Shown: positions 19,476-28,318, counted from the first letter of the stretch. The stretch: DNA of 32,302 nt from Candidatus Methanoxibalbensis ujae (GCA_026134085.1 JAOQIN010000020.1:1-32302); one strand, 5' to 3'. The notes: a model not told the origin generated them from the letters alone. A program made the numbers and translations.

Positions 19476-20170
19476 TAAGAAATTATAGTAAATAAACCAG
19501 CCATCCAACCAGATCTTAGCTGTTTCCTCACTTTTCAAACCTCTTAAAGTTTTAATCCTTTAAAGTTCCATGTAATCTTTTAACAACATTATTTGTTTCT
19601 CTTGCTTTAATTCCAGCTCTTCTCACGAATTCAACTCTATGCTCTTTATACCTGCTATAGAAAACTTTCTTGAAACCTTTTTCATAAGCCCATAAACCAT
19701 CTACAACTACTCTTTTTGGTCTTTCAACCGATCTTTCTTTCGCTTGTTTAAACAACTTTATTACTTCCTCTATTGTTCTTTCCCCAGATAAATGAGTAGC
19801 AATCAAAAATTTAGTATCAGCATCGATTATTTCCCAGAACCATTTATATTCTCCATCGCACTTTATCATCGTCTCATCAACATGGAATTTCCCACTTAGT
19901 TCAACTTTCAGATTATCAACCAGATTGTTACTTGGCTAACCTTAACTCCAAATATCTTCGCTATTTGTCTTTGAACTTTTCTAACTGACAAACCTTCAAA
20001 ATACAAATCCAAAGCGGTGACTATGACTTTATCTTTTGTTCTCATTTTAACAAAAGTTTCATTATCAACAAACTTATGCTTACAATCTTTACAGAAGTAG
20101 CACCGCTTTCCTTTGCTTTTTCCGTATTTGATTACGTTTTCTGAGCCACAGTATTTCCTTATTTTATATC
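19476..20170 (-). pseudogene. IS6-family DDE transposase pseudogene with N-terminal zinc ribbon
   Basis: KYCGSENVIKYG..YFCKDCKHKF, ALDLYFEGLSVRKV, FHVDETMIK, IDADTKFLIA, VVDGLWAY, NNVVKRLHG (expected catalytic Glu is Lys), KTLRGLKS..WFIYYNFL. Breaks near 19920 and 19552; start degraded. Confidence 0.9.
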
Positions 20171-20276
20171 ACCTGCATACCTTCTACGATATATTTAATA
20201 CAAGTATTTAAAGTTTTCGGTTTTATTGCTTCTGAGAATTACCAAAGTATCGACTTTATACTATAGGTGATGAAGA

Positions 20277-20645
20277 ATGAAAAGGGTATTGGTTAGCATT
20301 CCAGATGGAGCTTGGAAAATAATTGAGAAAGAGCTATTAGAGCTGCTAAAAATAAGCAATGCCTACCCTATTTATAGTGCATTACTTATGATTCTTTGTT
20401 TCGGCTGGATTTTTATAGTAGGTGTCCCGGTGGTAATTGTTATGACAATTATGGGCTATACTCCTTATCAATTTGACCATGCTGGTATTCTTTATATAGT
20501 TTGCTGTATCTTTGCATAGATCTCAATTCCTGTAATAGTGAAGTATTCAAAAGGGATGCATTTTGCAAAAAGGCTGTTATACATTTATATCATCGCGCAA
20601 TTGATAATGGGAGTGGCTATTGCAATATACCCTCCATTTCATTAA
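20277..20645 (+). pseudogene. Chimeric remnant: RHH/CopG-like N-terminus fused to a membrane-protein fragment, with in-frame TAG at 20517
   Basis: MKRVLVSIPDGAWKIIEKEL fits the RHH beta-strand/helix A pattern. A hydrophobic frame continues past the TAG (ISIPVIVKYSKG...IAIYPPFH) to TAA 20643-20645. Confidence 0.55.
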
Positions 20646-20659
20646 GGAGATGAACCATA

Positions 20660-21076
20660 ATGAAAATTATGAGGAATGAGATGGGAATAATAACAGACGT
20701 CAAATACGGAATGCTGTTTGGATTTATAGGCTTTGCTTTAACTCTTATTAGCTGGTATTTTGCAACAGGCGCGCTTGACCCAAGATTTCCCGCTGTGATA
20801 GGAGCGGGACTTTTTGGTGGAGGATTTTTAGGCTCATTAATGAGAAGGTTACATAGGGAAGGGGAGGAAAGAAAGGCGAATTTTATTTTTCTTGCTGTCA
20901 TTTTGATTGCAACCATTCTTTTAATTGCCGATTGTATATCTGACATCCTAATAGGAAACTGGAAAAGCACCCTAACCAATTGGAAAATATTGAGGTTTAT
21001 TTCTATATTTGCTTCTGTATACTTAATATGTTACATGATTTTGCGAATAAAGAAGTCAAAAGATGTAAAAACATGA
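20660..21076 (+). CDS. Hypothetical membrane protein (about four TM), island cargo
   Basis: 138-aa hydrophobic ORF with AGGAGA upstream; no recognisable family. Confidence 0.7.
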   Translation: MKIMRNEMGIITDVKYGMLFGFIGFALTLISWYFATGALDPRFPAVIGAGLFGGGFLGSLMRRLHREGEERKANFIFLAVILIATILLIADCISDILIGNWKSTLTNWKILRFISIFASVYLICYMILRIKKSKDVKT

Positions 21077-21118
21077 ACCGCTCGACTCTTCGCAACTTCG
21101 TGCCTTGTCTCGCTCCGC

Positions 21119-21184
21119 TCTTAACAGCGGATAAAAGGGAAATCAGAGCTCAAATTGCCTACGGCACTTCGTTTAACGTTGTCC
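21119..21184 (+). other. attC-like site 1 (right arm partly deleted)
   Basis: TAACAGCGGATAAA (21122-21135), inner hairpin TGCC-TAC-GGCA, terminal GTT at 21178; lies just downstream of an ORF. Confidence 0.5.
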
Positions 21185-21248
21185 GAAATTCACTCCGCCC
21201 CGCTTGAAAAAGAAAATTATTTAAAAGAAAAGGAGGTAATAAATTACG

Positions 21249-21905
21249 ATGAAGACCAAAAATTGGACTCCAAGGTTCATAGCTTTATCCATCGTTTGTT
21301 TCTTGGTTGGTGTAGGCATTGGTTTGCTTGGCTATCATTATTTTCTCAAACCGCAATTAGCAGTTTATGAAGGTCTTACCCAAGGCAACACTTCAACCAA
21401 CTGGCAAATTACGAAAATAGAACCAACCAAGGAAATGGTTGAAAAGATCGTGTTTTACGAAAATGGCAAACAAGAAATTATAGACCTAAAATCTGAAGAT
21501 GGAAAAGGGATAGCAAGTTTGCTTACTCGCAAACTTCATGAATTAAATTTACAAGCAAGATGTGTTTTTAGCGAAGAAGATATTGAGAAAATAAAGCAAA
21601 AAGACAGAGTTGTGGAGTTAATTTTCAAAAAACCCGTGGATATCACAATTTCACAATGGGTTGAGCCAGAAGAAAGATACCATATTCCGACGGATGAGAA
21701 GGGATACAGAATTTTGGAGAATGTTGAAACTGCCATATTTATTTTGGAAGATAATCAAGAAAGAGGATCAGAAGCACATATTTTAGTCGGTCATGGAGTT
21801 GAAGGAAGAATAGGTTATAGTTGCTGGGCAATAAATATCAAAAAAGAAGGAAAACCAGAATTGGATAAAAGTTGGATTGATGGAATAAATAGACTGATGA
21901 AATAA
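21249..21905 (+). CDS. Hypothetical secreted/membrane-anchored protein, island cargo
   Basis: 218 aa; basic N-terminus plus one hydrophobic helix, then a soluble domain; own TATA-like TTATTTAAA and GGAGGT SD upstream. Confidence 0.8.
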   Translation: MKTKNWTPRFIALSIVCFLVGVGIGLLGYHYFLKPQLAVYEGLTQGNTSTNWQITKIEPTKEMVEKIVFYENGKQEIIDLKSEDGKGIASLLTRKLHELNLQARCVFSEEDIEKIKQKDRVVELIFKKPVDITISQWVEPEERYHIPTDEKGYRILENVETAIFILEDNQERGSEAHILVGHGVEGRIGYSCWAINIKKEGKPELDKSWIDGINRLMK

Positions 21906-21988
21906 ACAGGCACTTCATTATTCAAAAGATGCTCGAGGGTAAACTCTTCGGAAAGCCTCGCTTTCCTAGTCCTCGTTTCACTCGGAGA

Positions 21989-22062
21989 ATATAACAGCGG
22001 ATAAACGGTTCACCTTCGGCTCGCCCAAACCCACTTCGTGGGCTTATTCGCAATTGTTTATA
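21989..22062 (+). other. attC-like site 2
   Basis: ATATAAC-A-GCGGATAA ... TTATTCGC-AATT-GTTTATA imperfect palindrome with inner CCCAC-TTC-GTGGG hairpin; same 14-mer as site 1 at 21992-22005. Confidence 0.55.
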
Positions 22063-22117
22063 CCAACAATAAGTTAACAGAACCAAAAACATCAAAAAAG
22101 AAAAAAGGGAAGTGCAG

Positions 22118-22816
22118 TCAGATGCCTGACACCAGATCCAGCAGTGCGTTTTTAGGATTTTCCGCTTTCACGACGCCTGAAGCGAGCAGAACTCCATCAG
22201 CGCCGAGTTCAACAGCAGCACGCACATCTTCTCCGCTTGTGATTCCTGCGCCACAGAGCACCACACAGTCTTCATGCACTTCTTTAACCGCCTTCACAGT
22301 GTCTGACACGATAGCAGGGTCAACTTTTGAGACCGCTCTTCCAGTTCCTATGAGCTCAGGAGGCTCAACAGCAACGGAGTAAGGCCTGAGCGCAGAAACC
22401 GCACGACTCACTCGCACATTGTTCGTGCATACGATTGTCAGCATACCGATTTCAGCAGCTCTGCTCACAATAAACTCTATGTCCGCAAGCTTCATGCGAT
22501 GTTCGGAGTGATTCACAAGAGTCCCCACAGCGCCAGACGCCTTCACAGCCTCAAGTGTCACGAATCCCGTGTGACTTCCCGGAAATACAGCATCAACATG
22601 CTGCGCGAAACATGGAATGCTCACGGCGGATGCCACCTGCGCGAGAAACACCTGCTGCGGACATATCGCGATGCTCACTCCCTTTTCTGATGCGACCTCT
22701 TCACACACCCTTGCAAGCGCCATTCCCCGCTCTCCAATGGATTCCTCATACGCTTTCACATTGATCACAATAACAGGCGTCTCAATCCTCTCCATATCCT
22801 CAACATCTCCTGCCAC
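22118..22816 (-). CDS. tpiA: Triosephosphate isomerase (archaeal type)
   Basis: INVKAY, AQHVD, GSHTG, VNHSEHR, AVEPPELIGTG, LCGAGI, GVLLASGVVKA. Confidence 0.96.
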   Translation of the reverse strand: MAGDVEDMERIETPVIVINVKAYEESIGERGMALARVCEEVASEKGVSIAICPQQVFLAQVASAVSIPCFAQHVDAVFPGSHTGFVTLEAVKASGAVGTLVNHSEHRMKLADIEFIVSRAAEIGMLTIVCTNNVRVSRAVSALRPYSVAVEPPELIGTGRAVSKVDPAIVSDTVKAVKEVHEDCVVLCGAGITSGEDVRAAVELGADGVLLASGVVKAENPKNALLDLVSGI

Positions 22817-22885
22817 ACATATTCACTCTCATCACACACATATTTGTTCATCCTCAATTTCAATTGCTCAAGCCTGCAACTCGTG

Positions 22886-23629
22886 TCATAAAATACGTTT
22901 CACTTCTCTTATGTTTTTCACCCAGTATGTTGGTCTGCAGCGCCTCAATTTTTCGGGATTTCCTGAGACGAGTATGGCGTCAATACCCGCGTTGTTTGCA
23001 GCGAGAACGCCGAGCGGGCTGTCATCAACGAGAATTGCTTCTTCCCTTCTCACATTTAACTCTTTAAGGACGAGATCAATCAGGAAAGGATTTGGCTTTC
23101 GCAGAGATAATCCTCGCAAATCACTGCTGCGACCGTGCCAAACGGAGAAATACTTGCTCAATCTGAAATATTCAACTGCAAAATCAACACATTCCTGCTG
23201 CGCATCGCTCACCACTGCAAGCAGAAATTTGCCGCTCAGATATCTTATCACATCTGCCGCACCATCGCAGAGCATGATGTTCCCGCTCATCATCGCCAGT
23301 TTCTTGGCTGCTATCACATCACGCTCCCTGTTGAGCCAGAAATCATGCACATCAATGTTGAAACGCTTGCAAAATTTCTTCACGCCCTCCTCGTTCTCCG
23401 CGTGCAGCGGTGCGAGGAAGAGTCTGTCAATTTCACTGCGTGATAAATGAATTGCATAGCGGCTGAGAGTCTTCTCAAATGCTCTGTATGCCCATTCATA
23501 AGCCACTTCAGAACGACCGCGTGAGTTCAAAATAGTGTCGTCCATGTCAAATATGACGAGCCTGTATCTTTCTGCTTTCATATCCTCTCCAACGCCTGCA
23601 ACATCCCCCCTCATATTTGCTGTTGACAT
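22886..23629 (-). CDS. HAD-superfamily hydrolase (phosphoglycolate phosphatase-like)
   Basis: FDMDDTILNS, VVSD, RKPNP, VDDSPLGVLAANNAG; true start may be ATG 23581. Confidence 0.85.
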   Translation of the reverse strand: MSTANMRGDVAGVGEDMKAERYRLVIFDMDDTILNSRGRSEVAYEWAYRAFEKTLSRYAIHLSRSEIDRLFLAPLHAENEEGVKKFCKRFNIDVHDFWLNRERDVIAAKKLAMMSGNIMLCDGAADVIRYLSGKFLLAVVSDAQQECVDFAVEYFRLSKYFSVWHGRSSDLRGLSLRKPNPFLIDLVLKELNVRREEAILVDDSPLGVLAANNAGIDAILVSGNPEKLRRCRPTYWVKNIREVKRIL

Positions 23630-23737
23630 ATTTGCATGATAATGAATAAAAGATAAGATAAAATAAAAGCGGGGGGATAGAGAAAGGAAAAGAAAAATTT
23701 ATATTTTCGCACCTATGCTTGTACTGGTGTTGTATCT

Positions 23738-24154
23738 GTGGTGGTCGTGACCAAAGAAGTGCATCTTCGCACGGAGGGGGAGGTGCAGATAATAGACATA
23801 ACCGATATTGTGAATCGTGCGCTTGATGAAAGCGAGATAGAGAACGGCATCGTCACAGTATTTGTTCCGGGCTCAACAGCCGCAGTCACAACCATAGAAT
23901 ATGAGCCGGGTCTGTTAAATGACCTGCCAGCTGCGCTTGAGAGACTCTTTCCGAAAGACATTCAATACGAGCATGAGAAACGATGGCATGACGGCAACGG
24001 GCACTCACATGTCCGCGCAGCATTTTTGGGTCCTTCCCTGACGATCCCCTTCAGAAATAAGCGCATGATGCTCGGCACATGGCAGCAGCTCGTGTTCGTG
24101 GAACTAGACAACAAACCGCGCTCAAGAAAAATCATATTGCAGATAATCGGTTGA
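23738..24154 (+). CDS. yjbQ: YjbQ/UPF0047 family protein
   Basis: IIDITD, FVPGSTAAVTTIEYEPGL, YEHE..DGNGHSH, LGTWQQ..ELD. Confidence 0.92.
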   Translation: MVVVTKEVHLRTEGEVQIIDITDIVNRALDESEIENGIVTVFVPGSTAAVTTIEYEPGLLNDLPAALERLFPKDIQYEHEKRWHDGNGHSHVRAAFLGPSLTIPFRNKRMMLGTWQQLVFVELDNKPRSRKIILQIIG

Positions 24155-24250
24155 GCTCAGTTTCAGTTAGCTCAAACCAGTTAGCTCAGTTGAACTCAGT
24201 TGAGCCCATTAAACATTAAACACCGCTCCCCAAAACACTCCAAAACACTC

Positions 24251-24991
24251 CTAAAGAGGAGTTATCTCCGTGCATATTGTTCTTCTGCCCAGCAGCACGT
24301 CAGCCACCCTTTCGGGATGTTTTCCGCTCACGATTATACATCTCATGTTGTTCTCCTTCAGAAATCCCGGCAGCGCCTCATCAACACATCCGAACAATCT
24401 GCGTCTTATGATTTCATCCGCGCTTATCCTCCTCATGACAACGCGCTGTCTGTCGTAAATGCCATCAACATCAGTAAGCTTCACAAGCCTTTTAGCACCG
24501 AGTCTCATAGCGACGAACGCTGCGATTGTGTCTGAGGTGACATTCCACGAATGTTCAAGCCTGTCATCCTCCCTCAGCAGCTGAAAAGGAAGAAAAACAG
24601 ATATTCCTTTCTTCGCAGCGTGAATTTCATCAACTCGCTCAACGAATACCTTTCTCTCCGTCGAATCTTTGCTGTCATCTGTGCTTTTATGCTGTCGGCT
24701 TGAATCTGTGCCTGCCGAGTCTGTGAATGAGTCTGTGAATGAGTCTGTGAAGAAAAACGCATATTGATGCATTGCAAGGACAGCCATCCAGTGCGCTGCG
24801 TCATCGGACACATCGTTTTCAAATGCTATTTTCCTCACAAACGATGCGAAAGGGCCGCCCCCTGGAACAACAACAATGTTTAACGCGTTCTCATAAGAGA
24901 AGCGCTTCAGAAATTGAATGATCTCCCTGCTGTATCTGAAAAGGCTGCCCCCTATCTTCAGAACCTCCAGCCTGATTGATGCTTTCTGCAT
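24251..24991 (-). CDS. mfnE: Amino-acid-kinase-family protein, MfnE-like (methanofuran biosynthesis kinase)
   Basis: LKIGGSL, VVPGGGPFA, AHWMAVLAM, HSWNVTSDTIA, TDVDGIY; start reassigned to ATG 24991. Confidence 0.75.
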   Translation of the reverse strand: MQKASIRLEVLKIGGSLFRYSREIIQFLKRFSYENALNIVVVPGGGPFASFVRKIAFENDVSDDAAHWMAVLAMHQYAFFFTDSFTDSFTDSAGTDSSRQHKSTDDSKDSTERKVFVERVDEIHAAKKGISVFLPFQLLREDDRLEHSWNVTSDTIAAFVAMRLGAKRLVKLTDVDGIYDRQRVVMRRISADEIIRRRLFGCVDEALPGFLKENNMRCIIVSGKHPERVADVLLGRRTICTEITPL

Positions 24992-24993
24992 GT

Positions 24994-25749
24994 TCACATG
25001 GATGCGATTATTGTTGATAGCAGAGATACGATAAACACTGCGCTGAATCCGCAATCTGCCACCGCGCCTCCTATATTTATGAATGCACTTCCATGTTTTT
25101 CCTTTGGAAAGGAAACGAGCGTTATCAGAATACCCGTGCAGATACCGAGTATGGCAGGCACGAAGACCAGGGATGCGAGGCATGTGCAGTTGCATTCAGA
25201 AGGTGCGAGTATAATCGCGAGCGGAATTGCCAATATGCCCACATAACTCGGAACAACAATTCCTATGCCCGTCCTGAACTCTGAGAGCGAGTATGCGATT
25301 ATTGTCATCAGAAAATATGAGAGTGAGCACTCAAAATAGGGCACTCCCTCGGAAAAAAGCAGGAAAATCGCAAACACAACAGGAATCAGAAATCCGCCTG
25401 CATTGAGCGTAACTGTCGTGTTGTATGCGCGCGCCGACCCCTCTCGCACCTCCTCCAAAACTCGCACTTTGTATATCTCGCCGAGAACTTCCAACGCCTC
25501 ATCGCCCAATCTCGGCTTCCTCGTCTTCATTTCAAACAGCGGTATCTCAAATATGCTGCCCAGGAGCATTGCAGCGCTTACCACTAAAAACATGCGGGCA
25601 CCTGAATCCTCCCAGCAGCAAAAAAAACATGCAATGAGCACCACCGCATAAAACATAAATGTTCTCAGTTCCTGCCTGTTCACAACACCCCTTCTCATCT
25701 CTCTCATCCTGACGCAGGAGACTCCCTCTTTGCGCTTCGTCTGGCACAC
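24994..25749 (-). CDS. DUF1614-like membrane protein
   Basis: LLGSIFEIP, TTVTLNAGGFLIP, GIGIVVP, INIGGA..FSAVF; start uncertain. Confidence 0.72.
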   Translation of the reverse strand: MCQTKRKEGVSCVRMREMRRGVVNRQELRTFMFYAVVLIACFFCCWEDSGARMFLVVSAAMLLGSIFEIPLFEMKTRKPRLGDEALEVLGEIYKVRVLEEVREGSARAYNTTVTLNAGGFLIPVVFAIFLLFSEGVPYFECSLSYFLMTIIAYSLSEFRTGIGIVVPSYVGILAIPLAIILAPSECNCTCLASLVFVPAILGICTGILITLVSFPKEKHGSAFINIGGAVADCGFSAVFIVSLLSTIIASM

Positions 25750-26080
25750 ATCACACCGTCAGGTCACCGCTATGAAACGCTATGAACACGGGCTCCGCAC
25801 ACACCATATCTTTTGAGGCCGGCTCAGCCCCTCAGCCGAGCAGCCTGCCACACCCACGCCCGATATCCCTTCAGATGTTTGAAATTTAATGGTTTTCTCC
25901 TAATTCAATTCACTGCTCAAAAAGTCGGTGACCGCTAAACTTCTCAGCGACATTTCAAAATCATCATTTGTCCCCGCCATTGAGATGAAATGTGTGAGAT
26001 GACTCGGAATTTCAGCACTGCTCCCGCATAGCCGCTTATCGCTTCCTTGATTTGCTTTTGGCTTTTTATGTGAATCCATC

Positions 26081-26130
26081 CACCATGTGGATCTTTGCAC
26101 CATGTGGATCTTTGCACCATGTGGATCTTC
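26081..26130. repeat. 17-bp tandem repeat CACCATGTGGATCTTTG (about three copies)
   Basis: Directly visible at 26081, 26098 and 26115. Confidence 0.9.
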
Positions 26131-26294
26131 ATTCACCATGTGAGTTCCCATTCCCATTCGCCATATCACCATATTCTCTCCCGCCCGCATGCCACTTATT
26201 GACATAGCTGAACTGCGCGCATGCAAAAGAGGTGTTTAAATAATGAGAAGCAACTCATAAATGGAAGGAGGCAGAAGGAGGGAGGGGGACAGAG

Positions 26295-26981
26295 GTGAAG
26301 GTGAATGCGGATATGTTGTTTTCACTGAGGAAGCTTGCGTTGCTCGGTGCGATGGAGCAGCCCATAAAGCTTTCGGCTACGCACTTTTCTGAGGTGCTGG
26401 GGTCAAGCATCCAGACGGCTGCGAGGAGGTTGCAGGAGCTTGAGCGTGAGGGTCTTGTTTACAGGCGGCTTACGGGTGACGGGCAGTGGGTCATGCTTAC
26501 GAGACGCGGCATAGATATGCTGAAAGCTGAATGCCTGGAATACAGGCAGATATTTGTGAGGAAGACGAGAATGGAAGTTGAGCTTGTCGGTCGTGTGATA
26601 ACGGGTCTCGGTGAGGGAAAATATTACACAACGCTTGAAGGTTATAAGAAGCAGTTCAAAGAAAAACTTGGATTTTATCCGTTTCCGGGAACGCTGAATC
26701 TGAGATTGGACGCACACAGTGTTGAAGCACGAAGAGCGTTGGAGTGGGGAAATGCGATCGAGATAGAAGGCTTCAAAACTGAAATACGAACATTCGGCGG
26801 CGGCAGATGCTATCCATGCCGCATATTACACGAGCGCGCACACAGCATACGAAGCTTCGTGATAATCCCCGAAAGAACACACTATCCCAATGACATCATT
26901 GAGATAATATCTCCCGTCTACCTGAGAAAGGAGCTCAACCTCAAAGATGGCGATGAACTGCGCATCCGCATTCATGTCTGA
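26295..26981 (+). CDS. ribK: CTP-dependent riboflavin kinase with N-terminal wHTH (RbkR-type)
   Basis: HTH SIQTAARRLQELE; GRVITGLGEGKYY, PFPGTLN, PERTHY, EIISPVYLRKEL.LKDGD. Confidence 0.94.
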   Translation: MKVNADMLFSLRKLALLGAMEQPIKLSATHFSEVLGSSIQTAARRLQELEREGLVYRRLTGDGQWVMLTRRGIDMLKAECLEYRQIFVRKTRMEVELVGRVITGLGEGKYYTTLEGYKKQFKEKLGFYPFPGTLNLRLDAHSVEARRALEWGNAIEIEGFKTEIRTFGGGRCYPCRILHERAHSIRSFVIIPERTHYPNDIIEIISPVYLRKELNLKDGDELRIRIHV

Positions 26982-27086
26982 GCTGCGTTTGACATGTTAT
27001 GTCACATGCACAATACATATAAAAAATATGATGATAATCAAAATATGTATGAAAAATGAGAGAGAAGGAGGAGGGAGAATATAAGA

Positions 27087-27818
27087 ATGATGCCGCAAAC
27101 TGTGCTCAGGGGCATAGAGGATTTTCGCAAGGGAAAAGTGGTTCTGATATATGATGCGGATGACAGGGAGCGTGAGACTGACATAGCGATGCCGGCGTTT
27201 GCTGTGACGCCGCGTGATGTTGCGTTTTTCAGGAAGTTTGGCGGAGGGCTTATATGTGTTGCGATACACCCTGTTGCTGCGGAGAAGCTTGGATTGCCTT
27301 TTATAAGCGATGTTTTGCGCTGTTCAGCGGAGAAATTCACATCACTTCAGTGTCTTGTGGAGGAGGAGGGAGATGTTCCGTACGACAGGCGCTCATCATT
27401 CTCGCTCTGGGTCAATCATCGCAACACATTCACGGGAATCACAGACCGTGACAGGGCTCTCACGATAAGGCATATAGGAAGAGCTGTTGAGAGGGTGCTT
27501 GCAGGCATGTCATACGAATTCTGCAGCGAATTCAGAACGCCCGGGCATGTGGCGATCCTCCGTGCCGCAGATGGACTTCTGGCTGAACGGAAAGGACAGA
27601 CAGAGCTGTCAATCGTTCTCGCGATGCTCGCCGGCGTTCCTCCTGCTGTGGTTATCTGCGAGATGCTTGATGAGGAAAACGGAAAAGCTCTTTCAAAAGC
27701 GAAAGCAGAATCCTTCGCAAATTCCCACAAAATCACTTTCCTTCAGGGAAGAGACATAGAAAAAGCGTTTGAAATGCTGCCCCCTCTCTCATCACTTTAT
27801 AACATCTACCTCATATAG
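27087..27818 (+). CDS. ribB: 3,4-dihydroxy-2-butanone-4-phosphate synthase (archaeal type)
   Basis: YDADDRERETD, GGLICVA, SSFSLWVNH..TFTGITDRDRALT, FRTPGHV, GQTELS, ICEMLD. Confidence 0.95.
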   Translation: MMPQTVLRGIEDFRKGKVVLIYDADDRERETDIAMPAFAVTPRDVAFFRKFGGGLICVAIHPVAAEKLGLPFISDVLRCSAEKFTSLQCLVEEEGDVPYDRRSSFSLWVNHRNTFTGITDRDRALTIRHIGRAVERVLAGMSYEFCSEFRTPGHVAILRAADGLLAERKGQTELSIVLAMLAGVPPAVVICEMLDEENGKALSKAKAESFANSHKITFLQGRDIEKAFEMLPPLSSLYNIYLI

Positions 27819-28000
27819 ATCCTATAATAAAATGAGATCCTATAATAAAATGTCGTAATCTCATGAGTAACATTTTCTTTCAATACAATGTGAAATGATG
27901 TTCATTTTTTGTGAGAAATTCTTAAGAGGAGAGGATGAGAACAACTATGCAAAGGGGTGTGTGTCCTTTTCTGCGCTATGCATGTTTATTTTTTCATTTT

Positions 28001-28240
28001 TTATTTTTTCAACAGCATCTCAGGTGAGATGACTGATGATTTCTTTGCAGCCGCGGAGACGAGCTCGGAAAGAAGCACAAAAATAGCCTGCTTGTGCTCT
28101 TCCTTGCTGCGATGCACCTGAAACGGCGATATGTCCAGCGATTTATATCGCACGAAGTCACATGCCAGACCGTTCTTCTCGCAGAACTCCTTCAACTGCA
28201 CAAGAAGCATGTGAAGATGGATAATCTCCTCCTTCTTCAT
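28001..28240 (-). CDS. UPF0058 family protein
   Basis: MKKEEIIHLHMLL, YKSLDISPFQVHRSKEEHKQAIFVL. Confidence 0.88.
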   Translation of the reverse strand: MKKEEIIHLHMLLVQLKEFCEKNGLACDFVRYKSLDISPFQVHRSKEEHKQAIFVLLSELVSAAAKKSSVISPEMLLKK

Positions 28241-28318
28241 CTTCTATATATACGCAATCTTATTATTTAAGATTTGTGCATAACTGTTAAATTGAGCATT
28301 GGAGTATGAGATGAACAA

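Larger units (their letters stand above)
19369..22084. mobile_element. IS6-family element with passenger genes (AT-rich island)
   Basis: Bounded by the shared 21-mer ACCAACAATAAGTTAACAGAA (19453-19473 and 22062-22082), whose complement G(G/T)TTCTGTT... resembles IS6 termini. Contains a DDE transposase pseudogene and is visibly AT-richer than its flanks. Confidence 0.72.

Noticed and set aside
20517..20519. In-frame TAG as a pyrrolysine codon
   Set aside because: It lies in a chimeric, decaying ORF with no pyl context; a nonsense mutation is simpler.
19453..22082. The 21-bp direct repeat as attL/attR of an integrated element
   Set aside because: No integrase or tRNA target is present. The direct orientation is explained by the local inversion of one IS terminus.
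24992..25195. N-terminal 68 aa of the 314-aa ORF
   Set aside because: It overlaps the DUF1614-like gene in another frame; kinase homology starts at ATG 24991.
26081..26145. 17-bp repeats as a mini-CRISPR or iterons
   Set aside because: The units are contiguous with no spacers and there is no rep gene; this matches the other local tandem duplications.
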